Shown: positions 1 to 13,170 of the stretch, piece after piece
Position numbering within the stretch: the stretch's first letter is position 1
Layout of the letters: each line of letters begins with the position of its first letter
From: Mobula hypostoma
Lineage: Eukaryota
Direction of reading: 5' to 3'
NCBI RefSeq assembly: GCF_963921235.1
Contig: NC_086111.1
Span: forward strand, 57,040,001 to 57,104,000
Length of the DNA stretch: 64,000 bases
The notes under the pieces: model-generated
What the model saw: the letters and a program-made list of their open reading frames with translations, nothing else
Databases searched by the model: none
Told to the model about the DNA's origin: nothing
Position numbers and translations under genes: made by a program

Positions 1-59
1 AGGAGGGCACTTTTTTTTCCTCCTAAAGTTCAACAAATTCATGAAAACTCTAGATTATC

Positions 60-2300
60 CATTGCATTGAACTTGGCACAAGGATAATGCATCACAAATT
101 GTTTAGCCTTATATTATTCTTCCACAGGAAAGTTGGCAAGTAAATGGTTAATTAGTAGTTGATAAATGACAGATCAGTCCAAGCTTTTTTCACTGAGTTA
201 ATTTTCAGCTGCTGCTCTTGAATCTCAGTGTAACAAGTGTTTATGTGCTTGTAACAAGTGTCTGAGTGGACTGTTATGTCTGCAGTTTGTCATGCATTCG
301 GATTGCTCTCATATGTTCTCCTCCCACAGCAGTGACCCAATCCCTCAACGACTCAGTACATGACAGGGCTGGTTGTATCAATCATTATCTAGCAGATAAA
401 GCACCGGGGTAGTGTTTAAGAGATGGATTATTGCTTATGACATTACTTAGTTTTCAGACAGCAGTCAGTTTGAAGCCTCTCCTGCCGACCAAGTCTTCAA
501 ATGTGCAGGAAGCAACTGGTGGTTACATTTAGGCAAGTAGTTTAGATTCCTAATTTGACTCAAGGAAGCAATAATGGTGGCTTTAATTGCAGAAATTACA
601 ACTGTTGCTTTGAGTTTGACATCTGCAAAATGACCAGGGGAATAGAAACACTAAACCTAATGTTGCTTGCTGTCCTAGTTTTGGATCTATATTTAACTGA
701 TAATCACCGACTAAATCTACTTGTTAATCTTATTCATTGGGCCCGAAGAACAGGTTTTAAACCTTTTGAAAATATATCCTTTAAAAACTGTTTTAAGTGG
801 CACAAATGCTTGGAAATTAAACTAAACCCAAAGTCACCCTTTCTACAAATAGAACAAAAGTGCCAATGCGAAAAGATGCAAACTACAATGAAATTTTCAA
901 AAAAAAGCTTTTAAATTAAGAGTAGATTTCATCCCAATCACTTTGGTTGTATTAGATACATCTATCAAATGCAATTTCCATTCTGATATTTGTCAGGATC
1001 AAAAAATCTTCCAAGTAGAAATAGGGTTTTGTACAGGCCCAATCCAAACTTGAAAAAGGTCCTTATGCAACACATAAAGGGATGGTGTGTAATGTTCACT
1101 TTGACAGTACAAGATGTGAAGTCATTTTCCAAATACATATGGTTTGATGTGTAAAGTCCCCGAGAGATGTTTTATCACTATATTCTCAAAATGTTCTTTT
1201 TTTTAAAAAAGCCAGCCTAATGGAAATCGATCATCACATATTCAGAGCTCAAATTATTTCACATTTAAACTAAGCAGTATTAATCATGGAATAGTGCTTA
1301 TTTGCAATCCATTGTTTTGACTAATGCCATTCATTTTTTTTCTTTGTTTGTCCTGATTGATAGTCGAGGCATTGAAGTTAACCAGACAAATGTATGTATG
1401 CTGTGGGTCCCTTTCCAGTACAGCTGTGTTTTTTAGCTGAGCACTTTGTGTGGCAGTTATCACAAAACAGCTGTGCTTGCTTATTAAACACTTCGCAATT
1501 TTCACCATGGTACAGATTTGTTCATCTGACAAACAAAGCAAAAGGAAAGTTAGAACAGTAACACCCATTTAATGCATAAGCATTAAACTGCAGCCTTCCT
1601 CTAATGAAGCTGAGAGTTCAGCTCTGCTAAATTTGCATTTTACCATGTCTTTATTGATTTCCTCTGTGTTACCGTGAAGTTTGACAATGTTAAAAATACA
1701 AAAAACTCGTGCTAAATCTGCCGCATGCCTTACTAGCAGTCTAACACAGTTTTATCCATAAACTAACTTGTCCTTACTCCCATAATCAACATAGAATCGG
1801 AACTGCCATCTCACTCTGTGACAAATCTGTTTCAATGCAAACGTGCTGATTACAGCAAAATAGGGATGTAATTACTCGGGAAAGTGGCAATTCAACCAAC
1901 AATTGATTTATGAAAGCATTTATTAAAGAACAGATTAGAAATATTTATTCAGCAAATCTTTTTAACAAATTCCATTGCTGCTTATTTCCATGTTGAACGT
2001 TCAAGTAGCACAGCACAATTAAGCAGATTGGCTGAGTCCATTTAATTAAGTGAAATGAAGAATTTCCTTTCAGTTTGCATCCAACATATGGGCTAATTGC
2101 TGCACAGTACTAATTTCTAAAAGACAAGGAAAATCAGAAGTAAGTGACTTTAATTTTGTGCCATTTCCTTAAGATATGTTTCAATATTCCAGCATTTATT
2201 CGTGTAGCCTATTAATCAAAACGACAACAAAACATCAATTTCCTGCTATATGCAAGTACTAACAATGTATATGTAATATTTTAGGTTCTAGACTTCCTTC
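60..2300. promoter_or_regulatory. TE-poor segment, possible conserved non-coding/enhancer sequence
   Basis: No recognisable repeat; many TAAT/TGACAG/ATTGT-type motifs; conservation cannot be seen from one sequence. Confidence 0.25.
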
Positions 2301-3295
2301 AAGTTTACATATGTGGTTGGCAATGGCAACCCAATCTATGAATTTACTTCAACAAATGCTAAATTCATGCATCTCCAGAAGATCTAGTGTATGTAACACA
2401 TTAAAATGTATTAAGTGGAAATTTCAAATTAGGAAAAGCATGAACTGTGATAGTTAAAGAATTATTGCAGATTAGGAAGTGTCATATTCATATATTCTCA
2501 CTTTGCAAAATAACAAAATTCACCTTCAACACCATTGCCAGAAAAGGCCACACACAGAAAAGCAGGAGACTTGAAGAAAAATGTACACTTAATTAAAACC
2601 ATGACTGTATTCTGTAGACATGGTATGCAATTCAACTTTAGAGGTTAATTGGAGAAATATTAAAATTATTTTTTATATATTGCATTCAATTTGCAATAGC
2701 TAGTTTTCAATCTATCACAAATAAAAATTTGCAGTATCAAAGTGCTTATGTACACCTAAATAAGAATTATTTCCTTAAAAGACTGATACCATGTATCCTA
2801 ATTTTTTTTTTAAGTTTGACTACTACACATCAATGTTGGTGATCCAATTCTGCATTATTTGGCTTATGTTATTTTGTAAAATAAAAACAGAGAACTTGAG
2901 TAAAAAGTGTAACAATCTTGCATTTGAAAAAGAGCATATATGAATGCTTTGAGACCATAGCTCAGGGACAGTTCACAATGCCTATGTCCTCCATGATGCC
3001 AGTTTAAACTAACCCTATCTGCATGTATATGATCTATAACTTTCCATTCCCTGTCTGCTCAATCTAAATCAGAGAGAGCTGTTGAATCAGAATTTGTCAT
3101 AAGCATATAAGCTATTGATCAAGGAGTTAATGTTACCAACTGCAATGGACAGTCAAATTCTAATACTAACTATTTAATAATAATTGTATATCTAGGATTT
3201 AAAAATAAATTGCAAAGAGTATTTGGTATGTGAGAAACTACTTTCCACAGAAAACCTAAGAAGCACAATTACTTCCTCCACGTAACTCCATGAGG

Positions 3296-3966
3296 ACCAT
3301 AACTTAGTCGTGGTTTAGAGACTTGCCATGCCTCAATGACCAGCAGAGCTACCATATGTTGGTTGCATTCAGGTCTTCATGCTTTGGCTCTTCGTAGGGC
3401 CACCCATGCCAAACAGGTCAAAGAGTAGAAGCCAAACTAAGAGTGGTCCACCAATCTTTCAGGTTTGGGGGTTCAGCTCAGGGTCAACCACCCTGACTGG
3501 TCAAACAAAACTGTTAAAGAAACAGCAATAAAGAATCCTTCAACATCTGTGTGTGACTGTAATCCTGAGTCTCCACCCGGGATTTGCATGGCTGACAGTA
3601 GTAAAAACTAAGAGGAAGCTCCTAGCACAACGAAGGAAGCCCTGACCGCTGCCAAAATCTAGGCCAAAACTGATGGCCAGTAGCTTCCCAGGTGGAGACT
3701 CAGGAATACCGTCTCACACAGATGTAGAGGGATTATTTTTTTCCATAACGGTTTTATTTGACCAGTCAAGGTTGTTAGCTGTGAGCTGAACCTGGAGGAC
3801 TAATGGACCACTCTTAGTCTGGCCTCTACCCTTTGACCTGTTTGGCATGGCTGACCCAACCAAGAGCCAAAGCATAATGCCCTGAGTCCGGCCAACACGG
3901 ACAGAGATGGAGGACCTTCTTTGCTGCCCTAAACACCAGCAGTGTTACAGGCAGTGAGTGAGTAAG
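3296..3966 (+). mobile_element. Non-autonomous RTE-type retroposon (5'UTR + 3' tail) with an internal inverted partial copy
   Basis: RTE-5'UTR-like motif GGGGGTTCAGCTCAGGGTCAACCACCCTG at ~3465-3495; ends in (GTGA)2GTAAG microsatellite tail; 3357-3582 is the diverged reverse complement of 3686-3897. Confidence 0.6.
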
Positions 3967-4109
3967 TTAATCCATGTAACTTATTTTGACTATTGGAATA
4001 TTATTGAATGATTTTAAAACTGATCATTATTCGTGTTTTAAGTAGCAGAAAAATTATCCTCCAAACTGTGACTACTTACCTTGCATGTCAAGGTTTGTGA
4101 GGAAGGAAG

Positions 4110-4260
4110 AGGCGTTTAGAAAGGCATCTGAATGTGCAGGAGATGGAGGAGGATGGATTATGAGCAGACATAAGGAATTAGTTTAATTCGGCATCATAGT
4201 CAGCACATACTTAATGGGCTGAAGAGCCTGTTCCTGTGCTATACTTTTCTATGTTCTGTG
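4110..4260 (+). mobile_element. CR1 LINE 3' tail fragment
   Basis: Ends ATGGGCTGAAGAGCCTGTTCCTGTGCTATACTTTTCTATGTTCT, matching the CR1 3' hairpin/tail of other copies in the window. Confidence 0.7.
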
Positions 4261-5599
4261 AAGCTATTCTTTACAGCATCATTGCTCAACTGCTCAGATA
4301 CCCTCTTAAGGAGGGTATGGGTGTAAGAAAGACTGGACAAACAATCTTAGGAATGCATTAAGTTTTTAAAAATCCAAACATTAATTATTTCAGTAGATAA
4401 ACATGAAATCTTCATTTCATTGCTTCATTTAATAACTTAAGTGTTTTGTTCATTTATTAATAAATGTAACTAATGTGACATGAGTTGATTACTTCCAAAA
4501 TCCTATTTTAGCGTAATTACAGAGAGCTGGAATGGCATTGGAGCCAAACAATATATCATGGAAACAGGGGACATTCTTTCATTATATTTCAATTGAGTAG
4601 TTATTTAATGTTGTGTTGTTGTTTAATTAGATCCACAGGAAATTTCAGTGTAAATTGAAATTGGCGAAAAAGTGGGTGTAAATCGGGTGTAATGTCCCAG
4701 TTATGGTCCCTGTAGCAAATTCCAGGTCCCTAACGAGGCTGATTTATGTGTTGTAATAATAAGTAAAGTGAATTAAATTAAAATAGCTTCTGGAACCACT
4801 GAAAAAAAGTACAGCTACAGTATAATAGCTTGAAACATTTTTTGCTTATTGATAAAATTTGTCATTTTGTTGAGCTGGCAGTGATGGAGTTCATTTCACA
4901 ACAAGAGCGAAGGTAGTTGATCAAACATGATGTAATAGTTACAGGAGATGTTTTACAGTGTTTTCACTGATAAATCCAATTTTCTTCCTGATTTGGCATC
5001 ATTCACCATCAATGCCCTGAGTAAAGTAAAGCCATCCCTACTTTACAGAGGGGGAGGGGAGGTCCTGCATTCCTTGGAAATGGTCTGTATCGCGACTTTC
5101 TGTAACGTGAAGCTGTGCCCTCTGCACACACATCTAAGGAACTAAGATGAAAGAAGTAAATCTTATGTTTATTTATTTATTTGTTGTTTTTTCAAGCAAA
5201 TTCCCTAAGAGCAAATTTTAATCTGGATCTCAAATTTCTGGATAGTGATTTAAGAATTCTGCAAGGGGGAATTTGCATTTGCTGAATCTTGATAAGCATA
5301 ATCCACTATTCTGTCAAAATGAATAAATCTAAATAATTCCTGAACAATGACTGACAACAATTCTGCAGGCATTGAATGCAAAATTGGATTTGGAAGCAGG
5401 CACTGTTTGATTATTGTTTGGAGAGCAAGTTTGCATTGCATGATTCACTAATTGTGCCAGGCACATATTGGAGAGCTATTAAGCACAATTTAATATCCAG
5501 CAGACATGAACCAGTAGATCAAACTACCAGGTTTGAAACAAGTCCTTCTGCAGACTCTGCATCTTCAACACTGCCTGCTCATTTACCTATCATTGTATC

Positions 5600-6990
5600 A
5601 TATGCAAACTTGGCCACAAAGCCATTAATTCTGGCTTTCAACTCAATGTATAGCGTGAAAGCAAGTGGTCCCATACTGACTGCTGCAGAACACCACTTGT
5701 CATTGCCAGCTTACCAGAATAGGCCACCCTTATTCCAAGTATGCCTTCTGCCAATCAGCCAATCTTCCATCCATGCTAGTCTCTTTCCAGTAATACCATG
5801 GGCTCTTGTATTGTTAAGCAGTTATGTGAGGCATCTTGTCAAAGGCCTTCTGAAAATCCAAGTGAACAACATCCACTGACTCTCCTTTGTCTACTTTGCC
5901 TGTGATTTCCTCAAAGGATTCCAACAATCACCTTAAGGAAACCATGCTGACTTTGGCCTACTTCATCATATGCCTCCAAGTATCCGGAAATCTCTTCCTT
6001 AATAATGGACTCCAACACCTTCCCAACCACTGAAGTCAGGCTTTCTTCTGCCTCCCTCCCTCCTTGAAGAGTGGAGTGACATTTTCAATTTTCCAGTCCT
6101 CTGGAACCATTCCAGAATTTAATGATTCATGAAAGGTCATTACTAATGTCTCCACAATCTCGTTAACTATCTCTTTCAGAACCCACCTGGTCCAGGTGAC
6201 TTATCTACCTTCAGACCTTACAGCTTCCCAAACGCCTTCTGCTTAGTAACAGTAACTAAACCCACTTCTGCCCCCTGACACTCGAATTTGTAGCACACTG
6301 CTAGTGTCTTCCACACTGAAGACTTATGCAAAATAACCGTTGTTTGATCTCCCCTGCTCTATCTGCCTAAAGCAGAACTTCCCAGTAGCCAAACGTTTTA
6401 ACTCCTGTTCTCATTACTAAATGTCAGTCCGTGGTCTTCTCTTGTTCCACGATGAATCCAGCCCCAGGCTGGAGGGGCAACACCTTAAATTCCATCCGGG
6501 TACCCTCCAACCTGATGCATATCGATTTCTACCACCAGTAAAAATAAAATCTCTCCTCCTCCCCTCTTCTTCTGTTCCCCACTCTGGCCTCTGACCTCTT
6601 CTCACCTGCCTATCACCTCCCCTGGGTCCCCTCCTCCTTCCCTTTCTCTTATGACCCACTCTCTTATCCTAACAGTTTCCTTCCTCTCCAGCCCATTATC
6701 TTTAATACCTTCATGGCTTCACCTATCATCTTCTAGCTTACCTCCTTCCCCTTCCCCCCACCTTTTTATTCTGGCATCTTCTCCTTTCCTTTCAGGTCCT
6801 GAAGAAGGGCCATGGCCCGAAATGCCAATTGTTTATTCATTTCCATAGATCCTGCCTGACCTGCTGAGTTCCTCCAACATCTTGTGTGTGTTGCCTATTA
6901 AGCTTGTCCACCATTTCTTTGTCTGCTGTTACAACTCTCCAGTGTCATCTTCCAGCAGCCCAATATCCACTCTCAGCTCTCATCTTATTG
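5600..6990 (-). mobile_element. Decayed CR1 LINE ORF2 (RT) fragment, interrupted by a Penelope fragment at ~6345-6892
   Basis: Reverse complement of the CR1 RT region at 29735-30340 (e.g. GTGGATGTTGTTCACTTGGATTTTCAGAAGGCCTTTGACAAG = VDVVHLDFQKAFDK); CR1-like sequence resumes at ~6893. Confidence 0.8.
6345..6892 (+). mobile_element. Penelope-like element 3' fragment (GIY-YIG C-terminus + pLTR)
   Basis: Diverged match to 27950-28530 (CTGGAGGGGCAACACCTTAAATTCCATCCGGGTACCCTCCAACCTGATG); pyrimidine-rich pLTR with CTGAAGA-AGGGCCATGGCCC-GAAA motif. Confidence 0.85.
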
Positions 6991-7399
6991 ATTCATGAGC
7001 AAGTTGATTTCCTCTGGCTATTGGCACAATTTCCCAAGTGTTTGGTACTTTCTGATGTTACTTTAGGTTGCAGAAATCTACAGTGAGTACTGAGGGAGGT
7101 ACTGAAGGACCTCTTATTGATGTAAAGACATCAGCCAGATCAATTGCTCTCAATCATGGGTAGATCAATGGGCGTTAATTTTGTTGTGCATCTTGATAGG
7201 AAAACAAGCAAAATGAGGATCTGATACAGGGCAATGAACCTGTTGGTTGTACTGTTCCATGTTTTATGTTCGAATATGTGGGAGAGCAGGAATGGGAAAT
7301 GGAGGAGGTGGCGCGAATAGCTCTCAGTGGAAGGCAAATAAATATCAAGATGAGATGATTAAGGACGAAAGGCATGCAACTTGCCTGTGATTCAGTAAG

Positions 7400-7940
7400 G
7401 ATGCCACACAGACTCACGGACATGGTGACCTGGTATTGAAAGATCAGCTGAGGAGAGGAATTGCCTTTGTCAATAGCCTTCATCAATCGGGGCACAGAGT
7501 ATAGGAGAAGGGACATTATGTTGCAGTCATATAAGTTGTTGGCAAGGCCGCACTTGGTGTATTGCGTGCAGTTTTGCTCTAGGATTTTTGTTTCCTAGAG
7601 TACAGTAGAATGAGAGGGTGACCTCAGAAGTCTGTAAAATCATGAGGGATAGAGATAGACTTTTCCCCAGGCTTGGGGAGTCCAAAATGAGAGGGCAGAG
7701 ACACAAGAAAAGAGAGGAGAGATTTAAAAGATTCCTGAAGGGTAACTTCTTTACACTGAGTGCCGTGGATACCTGGAATAAACTGCCTGAGGAAGTAGTA
7801 GAGGAGAGTACAATTCAACATTTAAGAGGCATTTGGACAGGTACATGGAGAGGAAGGACTTGCAGGGTTATGGGCTGAATGCAATCAACTGGGACTACCA
7901 GGGAGGATGTGGTGGTCGTCATGAACCAGTTGCAGGACTG
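7400..7940 (+). mobile_element. CR1 LINE 3' fragment
   Basis: ORF 7618-7878 resembles the CR1 ORF2 C-terminus (LFPRLGESKMRG...FKRFLKGNFFT..AVDTWNKLPEEVVE). Confidence 0.85.
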
Positions 7941-9164
7941 TATACGGTCTGGCATCGACCTCTATAACTATCTATTTCTGTTTTTTTTTAAGTGGGAATC
8001 TAGAAATCCACCAGGCTCCCTTCCAGATACATCTCTCCTGTGTCTCTCCATCATTCTGCCTTCTCCGAGGTATGTTGGGACACTTTGCAGCTTTCTTGTT
8101 CCCCCGCGCCATTCTTTACTGTTTTCCAGCTCACATTCACTTTCTGCATGTTCGCCAGCATTTGCTTCAGTCTCAATTTAAGAGGTGTGGACTAACTTTA
8201 ACTGGTGCTAGCAAGTTATGAATATTGGCCCCATGCTGATGTGTCCAGTCAGTCAACAATGCACTCAGAGTTAGATGTACATAGAAATCATTATAATAAG
8301 CAGGCAGCCTGTAACTGGTATTATGCCTGCATTGCAATCAATTACGCTGGCTAATCTTGTATTCTGATCCCTGCACCCTTTTTGGGGATGCCCCTGTTTA
8401 ACCTCCCCATTATATTTAAAAATAAGACTAATATGATGTTGCATGTCACCTTGCAGCCTTTACATCTTGTCAAAGCTGACTTATAATGATACGAAAGAGA
8501 TGGAGGTAGTTAATCAGTTTGACTTTGTTGTATCTTAGTTATGGCAGTGCCTTGATTTTTACAAAGTTTGGATGTGACAAAGTAAATGATTTCAAAAACA
8601 CAAGGTTCAATTTATTAAGATTTAATTTAAAATTTACCAGTGGTTACTGAAATACATTTGTGTCTTTTTCTTTTTGACTTAAAAGTATTGTAACATTAAA
8701 AACTATTAAAATTCTAAATTTTACCAAGTGATTTATAGATATGAGAAATATCATGTGGAAGAAAACTCATTGGATTTGAATTGAAACATATCGCTGTTAC
8801 CAAACTATTCCATTTTAATACCAAATGAGCTGTCATCTGAATTTTTATTTATTTTTATTTATTATCAAATATATAGTCAAGACTCCAATAATAAAACCTT
8901 GGGTACATTCAGACCACAGTAAGTCAACTTGAACATCACTTTTTCAACACTAGTTCTTTAAATTTCCTCTTCTGTATAGAGTGTGTGTTTACTGAATTAT
9001 TCTGTTTTATAAATTGCAATTGCTCTTGATAAGAAGTAATGTGTGCGAGAAAATGGATGTAGGCATCTGGAGCCTGTCCATTACTGAGTAAAATCAGGGC
9101 TGAAGTTCTATAGAAAATCCATTTTGAGAACTTATTACCTTAAGAAATCAGAGGAGTAAGAGTA

Positions 9165-9490
9165 GACCAAATGGCCTCTCCACCATTCAACAAGATAACC
9201 ATTTAGCCATGATGATCTGATCTTGGCCTTAACTCCTTTTCTTGGCTGATCCCTGAAATCTTTGATTCCTCTGAAGTCAGTCTTGAATACATTTAATGAA
9301 GTGCTCCCCCCCCCCATAACTCAATAAGCCAAGGAGTTCCCAATATTCACAAACCTTTGAGAGAAGTTCCTTCTCATCTTTTTCTTAAATGGGCTCCCCT
9401 TATCTTGAGGCTATGCCCTTGAGTCCTTGGTTCTGTTTGAGAAGAAAGAACTCTGCATTTATCCTGTTAAGCTCAATCATCATTAATATT
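9165..9490 (-). mobile_element. Decayed CR1 3' fragment
   Basis: Reverse-complement similarity to the CR1 3' end at 51590-51960. Confidence 0.65.
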
Positions 9491-10194
9491 TCAAGAAGAT
9501 TTTCCTGAACTATCTCCCTATCTTTTCCCCTAGTACCCGATAATCTATCGATCTTGGTTTAGAGTAAAATCAATATTTGAGCATCCACAACCCTCTGGAG
9601 TAAATAATTTCAACGATTCACAACCCCCAAAAAAGAAACAGATCTATCAGAGGTGGCTGCACGGTGGGATGTAGACAGGACAGAATCCTTAATATTCACT
9701 TTAGACCCGTTCAACTCATGACATCAGACAAAACAAAGAAATTATACCCTGGTGCTTATTGATAATGCTCTTCTTTAGCTGATGAATTCTGGAAGAAGTA
9801 CTTGAACATAACAAGGGCACATTTTATATTAAGGGCAGGAGTCTCCAATATGCTACAGCAAACAAAGTTTGTTAGTGCCACTGCTGACCAGGCTGGGTGA
9901 GCCCAGGAGGTCATAGTTGCCAAACATGTGGTGAGCAAACTAATATAAGGGACAAACCTGCTTGAAATCATCCAGATTAATTATTGCATCAAATTTATCT
10001 GGCTACGGGCGGTATTGGGAGGAGTAATCACTGCAGTCTCCTTGCGGAGATTTGAGTCTTAACACTGAAGGCAACCTCCAATGTGTTGTGCTTGATGAGA
10101 TGAATTTGACGTAGATGGAATTGCTTAACACAAGATGTCCATGAGACAAAGGGACTGTATTCCACCAGTTTATTACATCATGACTTATCATAAA

Positions 10195-10850
10195 TGGTGA
10201 GGAAGGCAAATGCAATGTTAGCATTCATTTCAGGAGGACTAGAATATAAAAGAATGTAACGTTGAGGCTTTATAAAGCACTGGTGAGGCCTCACTTGGTG
10301 TATTGCAGTTTTGGGCCCCTTATCTTAGAAAGGCTGTGCTGAAACTGGAGATTGTTTGAAAGGGGTTCATGAAGGTGATTCCAGGAATGAACAACTTGTC
10401 ATCTGAAGAGCATTTGATGCCTCTGGGACTGTATTCACTGGAATTCAGAAGAATAAAGGGTGAGCTAATTGAAACCTATCGAATGACGAAAGGCTTTGAT
10501 AGAGTCGATGTGGAGAGGATGTTTCCTAGGGTGGGCAAGTCTAAGACCAGAGGACACGGCTTCAGAATAGAGGGCCGTCCTTTTAGAATAGAGACGAGGA
10601 GGAATTTCTTTAGCCAGAGAGTGCAGAATCAGTGGAATTTATTGCCACAGGTGGCTATGGAGGCCAAGTCTTTATATGTATGTTTAAAGCAGAGGTTGAC
10701 AGATTCTTGATTAGTCAGGGCATGAAGGGATATGGGGGGGTGGCGCAGGAGATTAGGGCTGAGAGGAAAATTGGATCAGCCATGATGAAATGGCAGAGCA
10801 GACTCAGTAGGCTAAACGGTCCAATTCTGTGCCTCTATCTTACGATTTTA
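10195..10850 (+). mobile_element. CR1 LINE 3' fragment
   Basis: ORF 10369-10710 LGLYSLEFRRIKGELIETY...FFSQRV.N.WNLLP; close to the copy at 52540-53495. Confidence 0.92.
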
Positions 10851-11039
10851 TATCCCTCACTCTACATTAACTGTCAGCAAACCAAGGAGTGTGCTGAGAT
10901 CAGCAACACTTCCACCTAAAGTTGAGGTTCTGGTCCAGTAAAGTTGCAGCACGGGATTACATGTGAAATAGAAGAAAAGAAGAAGATTTGCTTTACTTGT
11001 CAGGAGATCAAACCATATTGTGAAGTATGTTGCTTGTGT

Positions 11040-11253
11040 CATGGTTTGTGATGTACTGGGGACAGCCCACAAGTTCTGATACCAACACAGCACGCCCACA
11101 ACTCAATAACCCGAACTGTTCATGTGGAGGAAACCCACTCAGACATGGGAAGAATGTACAAAACCCTTAGAAACAGTGGCGGAAATCAAACCCCAATCAG
11201 TGATTGCTGGCGCCATAAGCAAATGTGCTAACCAGTACATTACAGTGCCGCCC
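11040..11253 (-). mobile_element. tRNA-derived V-SINE (decayed)
   Basis: Reverse strand reads GGGCGGCACTGTAATGTACTGGTTAGC (A-box-like) ... GGTTTGATTTCC (B-box-like) ... TTTGTACATTCTTCCCATGTCTGAGTGGGTTTCCTCC (V-domain). Confidence 0.7.
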
Positions 11254-12785
11254 AGAAAAACGGAAACAGCGTGCTACAGGTAGTCACCACACAGACAACA
11301 GATCAAGTCCACGTTGTGCTTGATAGTGGAAAATGAGTTAGAGACAGCTCAAATAATAACCTTCTCCTCAGCACTGGCAAAGGCCAGATTATAAGTAGAA
11401 AAGGCAAGGCTGTACCACTTTGAACCAACTTCAGGTCTAAGAGTGTTTTATCCCCACCAGCCTCTTCTCAAAATCCACACATTTCATAAAACATTCCTTT
11501 TGGAACAAGAAACAGCAAGACCTGTGATCACAACCATATCCCAGTTGCACTAGCGCATCGCAGGCTGATAACTCTACAGTACTTGCCTCATTACTAATGT
11601 TAAATAATCTGGGTGAGTCACTTTATTCAGAGACTTGCTTTCCCAAACTAAAGCATTTTGTATTTTTCATTCCTTATCTCAAATTCATATGATGATTTCT
11701 TGTCCTTTTAAGCAAAATTTCCGCCATTCCACAAAATCAAATGATAAACAAAATTGCTTAGCCCCCAAAAGAAAAGACATTTCATTAATTTTTAATGACT
11801 GTAAATGTCAGGCAGTTAATAGATGAAGTGTTTTGTGTTTTTGTGACTTTAGCAATATTGAAATTTGATTACTCTTAGCACATACTTAACACAATAATTC
11901 ATACAGCATAAATTTATGTAGCAAGTAATTATTGCAGTGGGAGTGGACAATTGTTGGTTTGTGTGGTTGTGCTCAATGTCATTTATTTCAGAGTAATTCA
12001 TTTGGACTATTTTTAGAAACTGTGGTCAATTTACTTTGCCATACCCTTAAGCTACATTCATTAACTTCTATGTGAGAATAAATGTGCCCTTAGCATATGA
12101 TGCACTTCTGTAATAGTACTTTTCCTTTATTGCCATGAAATTTATCGATTTAAAATGATCCTTGTCTGACCGTTTACAGCCAGACCACAGTGATAGTAAT
12201 CAATGCATGCTGCATGGACATATTTTGAATTGGTGCAGTTTCTGACCATGAGGAATCACATTGTATATCTCCTAGTGCCTCGGCTCACTGAGAGTACTGC
12301 AAAACATTACTCAGACCACAGCGTTGTAAAGACAATTGGTACCTCATGTCCATCTCGTCTTCCTGCTTTGTCGCACCTCAGCTATACTTATATAAACCTA
12401 ATTGTATTTACTTAGTTTAAAATTAATGCAGGTATCTTGACTTAATCTATAGATGGACTAGCATGTTGACTAATCTCTATTAGAAACTGCTTCTAATGAT
12501 GGATCAACTAATACATACAATTTCAAAGATTCATGAGATGCACTCAGAGAAAAATCAATTTGAACGTTTCACTCCACAGACCAGCAAGTGAAAGAAAGTA
12601 AGTCATTCTGGACCTTGCCAAGGAGTAGCTTGTTGGATGTGTGGGAGTGATTGTCTCATTGAGCTCTACGTATCTAGAATGAGTAAATAAGAGCCAGTAT
12701 GTTCCATCATTGTTGACTGTGCAGTGAGCAGGATCCACATACTTTGCCTGTTTTTATGAAATTCACAAAAATATTGGTTTCGTCA

Positions 12786-12900
12786 CAGTACGATAGTGTA
12801 ATGGTTAGCAGTATGATAGCGTAATGCTGAGCAGTATGATGGAGTAAAGGTTAGCAGTATGATAATGTAGTGGTTAGCAGTATGATAGTGTAATGGTGAG
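12786..12900 (+). repeat. Tandem repeat, 5 x 23 bp (CAGTATGATAGYGTAATGGTTAG)
   Basis: Units start at 12786, 12809, 12832, 12855 and 12878; the last unit is the head of the adjacent SINE. Confidence 0.92.
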
Positions 12901-13170
12901 CGCAGCACTTTACAGTACTGGCAACCCTGGATCATTTCTCACCACTGCCGGTAAGGAGTTTGTACATTCTCCCCGTGACCACATGGGTCTCCTCCGGGTG
13001 CTCCAGTTTCCTCCCACAGTCCAAAGACATACCGGTTGGTAGGTTAATTGGTCATTGTAAATTGTCCTGTGACTGGACTAGGGTTAAATTGGGGGTTGCT
13101 AGGCGACACAGCTCGAAGGGCTGGAAGGGCCTATTCTGCGCTGTATCTGAATAAATAAATAAACAAATAA
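12878..13170 (+). mobile_element. tRNA-derived V-SINE (HE1-like)
   Basis: A-box-like TAGTGTAATGG, B-box-like GGATCATTTCT, V-domain GGAGTTTGTACATTCTCCCCGTG...CTCCGGGTGCTCCAGTTTCCTCCCACAGTCCAAAGAC, CR1-like tail and (TAAA)n end. Confidence 0.88.

Noticed and set aside
555-914. 119-aa ORF
   Set aside because: Non-ATG start, AT-rich, no recognisable domain or splice context
5376-5879. 167-aa ORF
   Set aside because: Runs antisense through a CR1 fragment; no homology recognised
12786-12900. CRISPR-like array
   Set aside because: Head-to-tail units with no unique spacers, derived from a SINE head; vertebrate context, no cas genes
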